From Piromyces finnis finn (Eukaryota; Fungi; Neocallimastigomycota): a stretch of 64,000 nt of DNA. Below are positions 41,571-53,000 of the stretch, in pieces. The stretch lies in assembly GCA_002104945.1 (NCBI GenBank), contig MCFH01000015.1, forward strand, positions 682,001 to 746,000. Direction: 5' to 3'. The translations under genes and the position numbers were made by a program. The notes under the pieces were generated by a model. It was given only the letters and a program-made list of their open reading frames with translations. It was not told where the DNA came from and made no database searches. Position 1 is the first letter of the stretch; each line of letters opens with the position of its first letter.

Positions 41571-42250
41571 TAAAGGTTTAAATCTTTAATAAAAAATAAC
41601 TATTTAAATTATAATATTAATACTAATATTAGAATTTAAGCTAATGAAGATTATATGAAAATGGATTAAGAAACTGCTAAAATTGGAAAAGAAGTATTTT
41701 ACTTCTCAACAAATTAAAAGAAAAAAGAATGAATTAATTATATCCCCTAGTGCCTAACTCTAAAGGTATGAGTCTTGTTTTGGAGTATTAGCATATAGAG
41801 CCGACAAATAAATGTTTCTTACTCTCATTACTCGGTGAATGAATGAGATATAGTTCAAGATATTAGTATTGATGAATATAAAATTAGTAATCCTTGCTTA
41901 ACCCCCAAAATATATATATATAAATATTAGGTGTAATATATTGATTAAATTCTATAAAACATTAATTCCTTCGAAAAATACTTCTGATAATAATCCTTAA
42001 ATAGTTTCTCTATTAAAAAAATTAGTACTTAACATGCAAATGGTCAGAAGAGTTTCAAACTATATTATGTTATTTTGTTCTAATAAAGATAAATATAAGA
42101 TTGCTCAAAAACATGCTAATAAAGAAATACGATGGATTGCAAATATTCATAAAACTCTATCATTTATATCACTATATTCTATTTCAAAAATTTTGAATTC
42201 TCCTTTATTATCAGGAAAATGTGTATTAGTTCAGATTAGATGTTTTAATT

Positions 42251-42346
42251 GTAATAGTAATAGTAATAGTAATAGTAATAGTAATAGTAATAGTAATAGT
42301 AATAGTAATAGTAATAGTAATAGTAATAGTAATAGTAATAGTAATA
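42251..42346 (+). repeat. (AGTAAT)n hexamer microsatellite
   Basis: Direct reading of the sequence. Confidence 0.95.
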
Positions 42347-43193
42347 ACTATTTAAATTTTAACAATTCCTATAGTTCAAATAATAATTTAGTTAATGATA
42401 AATTAAATAACACAATATATATTCATTATGTTTATAATATTATTATAATAAATATTTTGTAATTCTAATTAATTAATAATAAGCATATTGAAATTATTAT
42501 TACTAAAAATATATAATATTAGTTTAAAAAAAGGAATTACTATCAATAATTGCATATATTGAAAAAGCAACAATCTTTAAAATACATATTAAATAATATA
42601 TATAAAATCAAATTGAGATTATAAAACAGTTGGCATCTTTTCATCCATATCTAACGTTCTTATATGTAAATATCATAATATAATAAAGAAAAACATTTTA
42701 AGTGAATTAAGAGGAAACTTATTAGATATAGATTCAGATAATGATGGTGATATATATAAATGAAATCATTTCAGTAAGATTATTTGTGTTGAACCAGACT
42801 AAAAATTGAAAAATTTAAAAAGTGAAATTTCAAAATAAGAAATTAAAAATAGAATTAAAATTATCACCAATATTATTCAAGAAGCTACCTTAAATAACCA
42901 TCTTGAAGACTTTTATACAGTTTAAAATAAATTCAAATATATAATAAAAATATATGTTTAAAATAGTTTAATAAGAAAGTTTTAAATGTTTAAATTATTA
43001 CTAATTATTCATATTAATATAGTATACTTTCTTTGAATAAGTTGTAATATATGATTATTTATTACAATTTTAAATTATATGGTATATGATAAAGACTTTA
43101 TATAATTAATAATTTGTATCATCGTTAAACATAATCATTTATCTGATTTGAATTATTAGAATATTAGGAAATACCTTTTTTTTTTTAAGCCGT

Positions 43194-43699
43194 TGTATTA
43201 GCAATAATGTCATAATTATGATATGAAATATTAAATAAAACTCTAATTATTAATAAAATTATTTTATTAATAATTACATAAAATAAATTAAAATAGTCAT
43301 GTAATAACGTGACTAAAAGCAATTGAGGCGTAGATATATTCACAAGATAAAATAAATTTAAGTGATAACATAAATTTATTTTATTAATTTAAATACTAAA
43401 AAAACATCAAATTATAACATAATTTTATGTTATGTAAATAATTTCTTTTATTTATTATTTTTATTTATAATATTTTATATTTTATATTTTTTATTTTATT
43501 AAATTTTTATTATACTTTAATATTTTTATACTTTTTATACTAGTTATTATATATTTATTAATTAAACAAACAAAATATAGTTTATACTTATTAAAAGATA
43601 TATAAATGTATTATTATTTCTTATAATTAATTCTTTGCTTCTTGTATTTCTAGCCAAAAATTAATATTTAATAAAATTAATTTTAAAAACATTAATACA
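43194..43699 (-). mobile_element. Possible old 3' LTR (family E)
   Basis: TGTATTA...TAATACA terminal inverted repeat. Minus-strand purine tract AGGGGGAAAC lies just upstream (43704-43713). No TSD and no second copy in the window. Confidence 0.35.
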
Positions 43700-43966
43700 T
43701 AAAGTTTCCCCCTAAAAAAGAAATAGAACCGAGTTATATCACTTTACCTTTCCTTATATAGTAATATTTCATATAAAATGTAAAATATATTATACTATAT
43801 CCTATTTAATTATTATTCATATATTATGAATACATTACATTATATAATTGATATTCAATTATACTATAGGAATTTTATAATATAAAAATATTCATGTAAA
43901 AATAATTAATAATTAGAGAGAAGAGTTTTAATAAGATAATATTATAAGTGAAATTATTAATAAGAG

Positions 43967-44397
43967 TGTAAAGAAATGTGTTCTTAACAATAAAAGAAAT
44001 TTATAATAATTTACTAAAATAACTTAGTAAATATTAACACTTTTAATTACTGTTAATTATTAATATTTAAAATTATTATTAAAAACACACAATTTCTAAC
44101 TTAATAGGTTAGTGTTTAACAATAATTTATTAATTAATAAAAACTCAATTTTTTTTAAATTATTTAGAAAAATTCACTCGTATTTATGTAAAAATTTTAA
44201 AATTAATTTAAAAGATTTTTTACAACTTAAATTTCTTAACCAATCAAAGAATTTCGTGTTGGTAAAAAAATTAAAATAAAAAATTAAAATAAGATAAATA
44301 AAGAAAGTAATTTAAAGGTCTCGAACTCAAGACATTCGGACCAAAGTCTTAGTTACTAATCACTAAGACAATTTCATTATTTCTACGATCCGTTACA
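43967..44397 (-). mobile_element. LTR-like sequence (family D) carrying a tRNA-derived module near its 5' end
   Basis: TGTAAC start at 44397 (minus) and CTTTACA end. Shares AAAAAAATTG(A/T)GTTTTTATTAA, a TATA-like motif and the tRNA-like module with 63500-64000. No TSD; the left boundary is uncertain. Confidence 0.55.
44315..44369 (-). other. tRNA-derived (pseudo-tRNA) A-box/B-box module inside LTR-D
   Basis: GTCTTAGTGATTAGTAACTAAGACTTTGGTCCGAATGTCTTGAGTTCGAGACC. D-loop-like TAGTGATTAG and GTTCGA lie at canonical tRNA spacing, with CTTTG at the anticodon-loop position. The cloverleaf is not intact. Confidence 0.6.
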
Positions 44398-44401
44398 TGG
44401 C

Positions 44402-45017
44402 TGTAAAGTCAGACACTAAACCGAATAGATTAGGATATCTAACCTATTACAATAACAACACAAAATAAATATGTTTTATAAAGAATAGTTTATTTTTTAT
44501 TAATTTATTGTAATAAAATTGTTAATAACAATTACATCGATAAAATGATGAAAAATATCTTCTATTTATATTTTTCCTAAATATATTTATATTATATTAT
44601 AACTATTTATTTCTTATATATTATTATTTAAAATCTACACTAAAATCTTGATTATTAATAAATATTTAAACTATAACTATTTTTAGTAAAATACAATTGG
44701 CAATTCAAATTAAGTACTATTCAATTTGAATATGTGCCATGTATTATTGATATATTAATCATTTATTATTTATATATTATTTATCTATTTCTATGAAAAG
44801 ACAATACTAAAACTAGGGATTTAAATTGAGAATTTTAATTTACTTGCTAAACATTAAAAATAAATTAATAATTTATTTTGTTTTAAACTTTAATTATTAA
44901 TAAATAAATTATGTCTCATTTTCTTTTTCTGTAATATAATTTGTGTAACTTAAACAATAATACTTATGGCTTAAGTTACATTAAAGATATCAAGCTGAGG
45001 TTTTTGATATCTTTACA
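44402..45017 (-). repeat. 3' LTR of element H (LTR-A family U3, divergent R-U5)
   Basis: TGTAAAGATATC start after the PPT AGAGAGAGAGAT; ends ..CTTTACA at 44402. Confidence 0.9.
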
Positions 45018-46022
45018 ATCTCTCTCTCTAAGTCGAGCTCCTGCGAGAATAATTTATAAAGGATCCTTTCTCGAGGTTATTTCAATTACAAATGGTTGGT
45101 ATCTGTGCTTGATTAGATTACCAACTTTATTCTTTCTAATTTTCATGGAGGAGTCGTTCGATTTATGTTTTGACTTTTTAGAGTTTCTTTCAAACTCTTG
45201 TATTAATTGTTTATCTGGAATCTGATCTTCAGAAATCTAGGTGGATTTGTCAAATCCTTTCCACGATAACTTATAAAATGTTTCACCATTAACAGATTTC
45301 ATCTTCTGTAAAGATATAATATATATCTTTAGATTATTTAATAATTAACTATTAATTATTAAATAATAAATTAATATTTATTAAAATTAACTATGAAATT
45401 TTTAATATTCAATGGAATAATTTAATAATAAATTATTTTATAATAATTCCGTCAAAATTAAATAAAGATAAATATTTAAATTTAAGGAACAAAAGAATCT
45501 TAATTAAATTTAAATATTTCAAATATTTTAAATATTCATAATAACTTTAAATACTTTCTTATTTAAATTTAGAATAGTTTAATAATTTTAACTGAGTTTT
45601 AAAAATAGATGTGTTTATATTTCAATAGGAAATATATTAAGAATAGTATTGATAATATTAAATTAATTTATAGATAATACCTGAGCTTTATTCAATTTTG
45701 AGTTTACTCAAATTAAATTAAAAGTATAATGAATTAGTTTTAGTTTAGTTTTATTATTTTATTATTTAATTAGATTAGTTTTGTTTATTTTATATTAAAT
45801 ATATGTTTATTTAAATAGAATAATATATTAGAATATAATTATGAAAAAATATAAATACATGTAAATTTTATCAATTGAATCGATGTAATTGTTATTTTAT
45901 TTCTAACCATTAATAAAGAAGATAATTTTTAAAAAAAAAAAGAAACTCCTATTTTTATTTTATCGTGTGTTTAATTGTTTTATTGTTAAATATATAATCT
46001 GTTTTAAGATTAATATTTTACA

Positions 46023-46033
46023 ATAACAATTAC
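46023..46033 (+). promoter_or_regulatory. Self-priming primer-binding site of element A (ATAACAATTAC)
   Basis: Immediately follows the 5' LTR. Exact reverse complement of GTAATTGTTAT at 45885-45895, which starts 35 nt after TATAAATA (45850). No TGG tRNA-type PBS. Confidence 0.85.
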
Positions 46034-46595
46034 CTTTTATTTTAAAAAAACACGTTATATTTTAATAATAAAACAATTTTATCTTTGAAACTACTGGAAC
46101 TTTTGGTGAATCCGAAGTTGTGGAACTGCTACTGTGATTTAAAAGCTTACGGAAATTTTCTTTCTACTTGGAACTCTAGGAATTCTTTTTACTTAGATAT
46201 TTAGAAGAATTCCCTTTGTGTAACGTTTACTTTGATCTTTAGAAGATATTTTTATAATTATTCTCTCGTGGAATTCTCTTTGTGTAACGAAAACTCAACC
46301 GTTGATACAAAAGTTATTTTTTCGATTAATTATTTTATACTATTAAAGATCTCGACGACACCGTTTGATAGGATAGAGTCAGATCGACGTCTTTAAATAT
46401 AGTATATTATCAATTTAATTGAAAAAGGGTAACTTATAAGAGTATTTTGTGATAATACAAAAATAAAATTTTATATATTAATGAATTTTTTGACAAGCTA
46501 TTAAAGAAAGAATAAATTTTGTATCTTTAAAAGCTTCTTAATTTTGATCAAAAAAAAAAAAAAAAAAAAAAAAAATTTAATACCATATTTTCAAA

Positions 46596-48398
46596 GTGGA
46601 AGATCTAAATAAAATTTTTCAAAATTTAACTATTAAGGACGTAAAGATGTCAGAAAATCATAGCAACCTTAGGAAAATCAATAGTCCACCCCTATTTTAT
46701 GGAAATAGGAAAGATCTTGAAGGTTTTCTAACTAGAGTCGAACTAACCTTTGAAGATGAACCAGACCGCTTCTCAGATGATAGCAAGAAGATTAGATATA
46801 TTATGTCTTTCTTTGAGGACAAAGCTTTGAAATGGGCTATTATATTAAGGAGAGAAAGAAATCCAATTCTTAACTCCTTAGATGATTTTATCCGTGAAAT
46901 GAGATCACAATTTGGTGATCAAGATTGTGAGACTGTTGTAGCCAATGGAAAACTATGTACAATAAAACAAAAAAGTTACAAGAATGTTTATTCGTACATA
47001 AATGAATTTAAACGAATTAGCCAGTACTCAAACTCTAATGAGGCCGCTAAAATATATATGTTCATTCAAGGATTACATTACAAAATGAGGGAACATCTTG
47101 CTGTTGTCGATTCTAATCTTGATGACCTCAATAAACTCTACAGTGAAGTTATAAATATTGAGAGTCTCACCAAAAGAATAAATATTAGCGAACATTATTT
47201 TAAAAATAATGAAGGAAGAGGCAACAAGAAAGATCAAGATAATGATCCTATGGACGTTGATCTTATGAGAATTAAAAGTGGTAATAAATATACTCATCAC
47301 TATGCGGATCCAAAAAGGGATTACTATGTTAAGAACAATGATTCCCATGAAGAAGAAAAGAAAAAAGGTCTTTGTTTTTTATGCAAGAAGCCGGGACACC
47401 TACAATTCAACTGTCCTAACAAGAGAAAGCCAATGAATGTTAGAACCATTCAGGAAAAAGGCTCACATTCTAACGATACTGCCTCTTTGAATAGAATAAT
47501 TAAGCTAGATAAATTTATGGACATAGCTACAATCCATGAAATTGTGAAGAGAGAAAATTTATCAAGAAAGAAAAATAATATCCTTAACTTCTCAATTAAG
47601 TCAAATGAAGGAGATGAAGTCAGAGCTAGAGTACTAATTGATTCTGGATCTGATCTTAACTTTATTCACCCTGACTTTATTAAAAAACATAAAATCGGAA
47701 CTAGAAAAGTTAAGGAATCAATAAGAGTTACGGGATTGGGATGTGATGTAGCCGTGGTTGAAAGTGAAACAGAAAAGTGTATTCTTCGCTATCGAAACCA
47801 TCTCGAGGTTATCAAGCTCTATGCTCTTAGAATTCCAGATGTCGATATCATTCTTGGTATCCCTTGGATTGATAAGCATAGCCCTCAAAACTACCACGAC
47901 GCGAGCAAAATTCGGTTTAATTCTGATTATTGTTCTCGCCATTGTAATAATGGAAAAAGAAAGCACAAATCAAAAAAGAAGAAATCTAATAAAAAGAACA
48001 ACTCTATACAAGAAACCAAAATTATGACAAATCCTCAAGTTCACAAAAGAAAATTATCGGAGGTAACTGAAGATGCTGATGAAGATTTTGAATATGTTCG
48101 TGGTCGTCGTTCTCGTATTTGTACTATTATTGATAATAATAGTGATAATGATGATTTTTATCATTATAGGAATTTTAATAAAAACTTAAATTGTAATAAC
48201 TGTAATAGTATTAGTGATAGTTTTAGTATTGGTAATAATTATAAAAAGAGTTTTAATAGTATTTGTAGTAATAATAATTGTAAGTGTAATAATTGTCTTA
48301 AGTGTATTAATTGTATTAATATGAAAAAATTAAATGTAATTAATGAAAATAACTTAAATAAAGATAAAAATTGGTCTCAGTGCCAAAACAATATTTAA
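46596..48398 (+). CDS. gag: Element A Gag (CCHC zinc knuckle) and aspartic protease
   Basis: [14 protein letters not shown] zinc knuckle; LIDSGS protease motif; DPMDVD linker. Starts at GTG. Frameshifted from RT at an A-run near 48366. Confidence 0.9.
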   Translation: MEDLNKIFQNLTIKDVKMSENHSNLRKINSPPLFYGNRKDLEGFLTRVELTFEDEPDRFSDDSKKIRYIMSFFEDKALKWAIILRRERNPILNSLDDFIREMRSQFGDQDCETVVANGKLCTIKQKSYKNVYSYINEFKRISQYSNSNEAAKIYMFIQGLHYKMREHLAVVDSNLDDLNKLYSEVINIESLTKRINISEHYFKNNEGRGNKKDQDNDPMDVDLMRIKSGNKYTHHYADPKRDYYVKNNDSHEEEKKKGLCFLCKKPGHLQFNCPNKRKPMNVRTIQEKGSHSNDTASLNRIIKLDKFMDIATIHEIVKRENLSRKKNNILNFSIKSNEGDEVRARVLIDSGSDLNFIHPDFIKKHKIGTRKVKESIRVTGLGCDVAVVESETEKCILRYRNHLEVIKLYALRIPDVDIILGIPWIDKHSPQNYHDASKIRFNSDYCSRHCNNGKRKHKSKKKKSNKKNNSIQETKIMTNPQVHKRKLSEVTEDADEDFEYVRGRRSRICTIIDNNSDNDDFYHYRNFNKNLNCNNCNSISDSFSIGNNYKKSFNSICSNNNCKCNNCLKCINCINMKKLNVINENNLNKDKNWSQCQNNI

Positions 48399-49443
48399 TT
48401 TATAAAGAAGTGTTTAATGAAAATAATTGTAATATGTTACCACCTCATCGTGAATATGATTGTGAAATTAAATTAAAAGATAATTCTAATTTGTTTTATG
48501 GTCCCCTTTATCCATTAACTGAAGCAGAAAGAGATGAACTAAAAAATTACATTAAAGAAAATTTAGAAAAAGGTTTCATTAGGAAATCTACATCTCCTGC
48601 TGGGGCACCAGTTTTATTTGTTAAAAAGAAAGATGGCTCATTACGGCTATGTGTTGATTATAGGAAGCTTAACGACATGACTATTAGAAACTCATACCCT
48701 CTTCCTTTGATCAGTGACTTATTAGATAGAGTGAAAGGAGCAAAGTATTTTACTAAGTTAGATTTAAGGTCAGCCTACAACTTAGAATCAAGGAAGGTGA
48801 TGAATTTAAAACTGCCTTTAGAACTAGGTATGGGCACTTTGAATACCTTGTTATGCCGTTCGGGTTAAAGAATGCACCTGCTACCTTCCAGCATTTTATT
48901 ATTGATGTTCTTAGTGAATATTTGGATGATTTTGTTATTTCCTATATCGATGATATTTTAATTTTCTCAAATAGTTTAGAAGAACATCATGTACACGTAA
49001 AAAAAGTATTAAAGAAATTATTAGATAATAATTTGTTTGTTAAATTAGAAAAGTGTGAATTCGACGTCCCTGAGACAACTTTTCTTGGATATGTGTTATC
49101 GAGGGAAGGCCTAAGAATGGACAGTAATAAAGTGAAAGCTATTCTTGACTGGCCTTTTCCTACTTCTGTTAAAGAAGTCCAATCCTTTATTGGTTTATGC
49201 AATTATTACAGAATTTTTATTAAAGATTTTGCTAGGATAGCTAATCCGCTGCATAAACTCACTAGAAAAAATGTTCCTTTTACTTGGAGCTCAGAACATC
49301 AGAAAGCATTTGATACCCTCAAAGAATTATTTACTTCCGCACCTATTCTTATAAATCCTGATAGTAATAAACCATTTATTGTCGAGACTGACGCAAGTAA
49401 CTTCGCGGTTGGCGCAATTTTGTCACAAGAATTTGAGGGTCAG
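48371..49443 (+). pseudogene. pol: Element A RT and N-terminal RNase H (frameshifted)
   Basis: [20 protein letters not shown] and YIDDILIFS motifs; VETDAS. Apparent 4-nt deletion near 48785 (YNL[V]RIKEGDE). Confidence 0.9.
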
Positions 49444-50095
49444 TGTAATGTTGAACACTGAAAGAATAGATTAGGATATCTATTCTATTACAATAACACA
49501 AAAATTTGAAAAAATAAAATAAAAAATTGTTTTATAAAATATCTTTTATTATAATAGAATTTAATAATAACAATTACATAGATAAAATGATGAAAAATAT
49601 CTTCTATTTATATTTTTCCTAAATACATTTATATTATATTATAACTATTTATTTCTTATATATTATTATTTAAAATCTACACTAAAATCTTAATTATTAA
49701 TAAATATTTAAACTATAACTATTTTTAGTAAAATACAATTGGCAATTCAAATTAAGTACTATTCAATTTGAATATGTGCCATGTATTATTGATATATTAA
49801 TCATTTATTATTTATATATTATTTATCTATTTCTATGAAAAGACAATACTAAAACTAGGGATTTAAATTGAGAATTTTAATTTACTTGCTAAACATTAAA
49901 AATAAATTAATAATTTATTTTGTTTTAAACTTTAATTATTAATAAATAAATTATGTCCCATTTTCTTTTTCTGTAATATAATTTGTGTAACTTAAACAAT
50001 AATACTTATGGCTTAAGTTACATTAAAGATATCAAACAGAGGCGTTTGATATCTTTACAATCTCTCTCTCTAAGACGAGCTCCTGCGAGATTAAT

Positions 50096-53000
50096 TTATA
50101 AGGAATCTTTTCTCGAAGGAATTTCAATTACAAATGGTTGGTATCTGTGCTTGATTAGATTACCAACTTTATTCTTTCTAATTTTCATGGAGGAGTCGTT
50201 CGACTTATATTTTGACTTTTTAGAGTTTCTTTCAAACTCTTGTATTAATTGTTTATCTGGAATCTGATCTTCAGAAATCCAAGTGGATTTGTCAAATCCT
50301 TTCCATGATAACTTATAAAATGTTTCACCATTAACAGATTTCATCTTTTCAATTTTCACTGGAATTTTTTCAATTAAATCTGTGTTACGGTGAATGTTCC
50401 TCTTCCTACGATTAGACCTGTCGTTAAACTTGTTTTCAAAGTATGGTTCTAACAATGAAACATGAAAGACTGGATGACATCTCATTGTCTTTGGAAGTTT
50501 CAATTTGAAAGCGAGAGAACTAACTTTTCCAATTATCTCAAATGGGCCAAGCATTTGAGGTGCTAATTTTCTCTTTAGGTTAGTTCCAGGAGAATCTTTC
50601 AATAACCATACCTTCTTTCCCACTTCGAACTCCGGGGGAATCATTCTCTTCATATCGGCATATTTCTTATATGTTTCTTTTGCTTTTTCTAAGTTTTCTT
50701 TTAATAATTTAAAGTTTTCATTTATATCAATTACTCTTTGTTCAGCTCTACTAGGTCTATCATTAGCTGGAATTTCTAAGCTGAACTTTGGATGAAAACC
50801 ATAATTAGCAAAGAATGGGGATTGATTTATAGATTGTTGTAAAGTATTATTATATGCAAATTCAGCAAATGGAATAAGATCAACCCAGTTATTCTGCTTT
50901 TTATTTATAAAACAACGGAAATATTGTTCTAATATGCCGTTCACCCTCTCCGTTTGACCATCTGTCTGCGGATGGTTGGCAGTTAATAATGAATGATTGA
51001 TATTAAGAAGGTCACAAAGTCTTGACCAAAAGTCAGAAGTAAATTGCGAGCCTCTATCAGAAATGATGGAATCAGGAAGACCATGCAAACGAAAGACATT
51101 AGCAATAAAAGCATCAGCAGCAATCGAAGCAGTAGGAAGACAACGTAAAGGAATGGCGTGAGCAAATTTAGTAAATCTATCGACAACAACCATGAGAGTT
51201 GTCATATCTCTGGACTTAGGAAGATCAACAATAAAATCAATAGAAATATCAGACCAGGGCCTACTGGGAGTGTCCAAAGGGGATAACAATCCATAAGGCT
51301 TATGTCTGGGGACTTTGGATTTGCAACAAGTCACGCAAGATTTGATAAAAGATTTAACGTCTGAATGAAACCTTGGCCACCAAAAGTTTCTGGAAATCAG
51401 TTCAGTGGTTTTCTTAATACCGAAATGACCAGCAGCAACAGAATCATGATGAAGTTCCAAAACTCTTGTCCTAAGAGATTTAGGAACATAAATAAGATTA
51501 TTATATAACAAAAATCCTTCGTTATCAATAATAACTTTATCAATATTTTTAATAGGTGCATTACATGCAGAACCATTCATTTTAAATTGGACAATAGAAT
51601 TATACAAATCGTCATTTTTAAGTTCTAATAAAATAGAATCGATTAACGGTTTGTTATCGCTATGATGAAACGAAATAGTAAGACAAGAAACATCAGAATT
51701 AATATTATTCTCTAAATGGTCACTTCTACGAGACAGGATATCAGGCTTACCGGATTTCTTTCCAGCTCTATAAATGAGTTTAAAATCAAATATGGATAAG
51801 AACAAATTCCATCTAATTTGTCTCTGAGATAACATTTCAGGTTTTCTAGGAAATGTTAAATTCTTGTGATCAGTATAAATTATGAACGGATGGCGTGCAC
51901 CTTCTAAATAATGACGCCATTCTTCAAGAGCAACTACAATAGCTAAAAGTTCCTTGTCATATATAGGATAGTTTCTTTGACAACTCGTCAAACTTTTAGA
52001 AAGAAATGCAATAGGATGTAATTTGCCATCAAATTCTTGAGAGAGAATAGCACCGACAGCATAATTACTAGCATCAGTTTCTACAATAAATTGTTTATTA
52101 CTATCCGCATGTTTCAGAATAGGAGCTGACGTGAACAGAGATTTTAATAAAATAAAAGCGTCCTGATCTTCTTTCACCCAGTTAAAAGCAACATTCCTTA
52201 TAGTGAGTTTGTGAAGAGGGTTTGCAATTTTAGCAAAGTCTTTAATAAAAATTCTGTAATAGTTGCATAAACCAATAAAAGACTGAACCTCTTTAACATT
52301 CTTGGGAACCGGCCAATCGAGAATTGCTTTAACTTTATTTTCATCCATTTGCAATCCATCCTTTGAAATGACATAACCAAGAAAAGTGGTTTTCTCAACA
52401 TCAAACTCACATTTTTCTAATTTAACATAAAGATTATTTTCAAGTAGTTTCTTAAGTACCTTTTTAACATGCTCATGATGTTCTTCGATATTATTAGAAT
52501 AAATAAGAATATCATCAATATATGAGATAACAAAATCGTCTAAATAGTCACTAAGGACATCGTTAATGAAGTGTTGAAAAGTTGCAGGTGCATTCTTTAA
52601 TCCAAAAGGCATAACCAGATATTCAAAATGACCATACCTAGTACGAAAAGCCGTTTTGTATTCGTCACCTTCTTTAATACGAACAAGATTATAAGCAGAT
52701 TTGAGATCTAATTTAGTGAAAATTTTAGCATTTTTCACTCTTTCCAGAAGGTCACTTATTAAAGGTAAAGGATATGAATTACGAATTGTAATATCATTCA
52801 ACCTTCTATAATCAATACAAAGTCTTAAGGAACCGTCCTTCTTTTTAACAAACAAAATTGGGGCACCAGCAGGAGACGATGATTTCCTAATAAAACCTTT
52901 ATTTAAATTTTCATCTATATACTTTTTAAGTTCCTCTCTTTCAACTTCAGTTAATGGATACAAGGGTCCATAAAATAAAGTTGAATCATCTTTAAGTTTG

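Noticed and set aside
41640-42930. Coding-like degraded sequence before the LTR nest
   Set aside because: No recognisable transposase or protein motif in any frame.
44315-44369. Functional tRNA gene (also at 63940-63995)
   Set aside because: Acceptor, anticodon and T stems do not pair. Reported as tRNA-derived modules instead.
44398-44401. TGGC after ..GTTACA as a tRNA-type PBS of a plus-strand LTR
   Set aside because: Only 4 nt remain before H. The TATA-like motif and homology to the 63.5-kb copy favour the minus orientation.
44941-45225. Repeated MCNLNNNT.. ORFs (44941, 49983, start of 55617)
   Set aside because: Antisense read-through of the LTR U3 end and chromodomain region. They recur only because the LTR is repeated.
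49444-50059. ~600-bp TGT...ACA repeats as MITEs or DNA transposons
   Set aside because: They flank gag-pol with a PPT and PBS and have 5-bp TSDs, so they are LTRs and solo LTRs.
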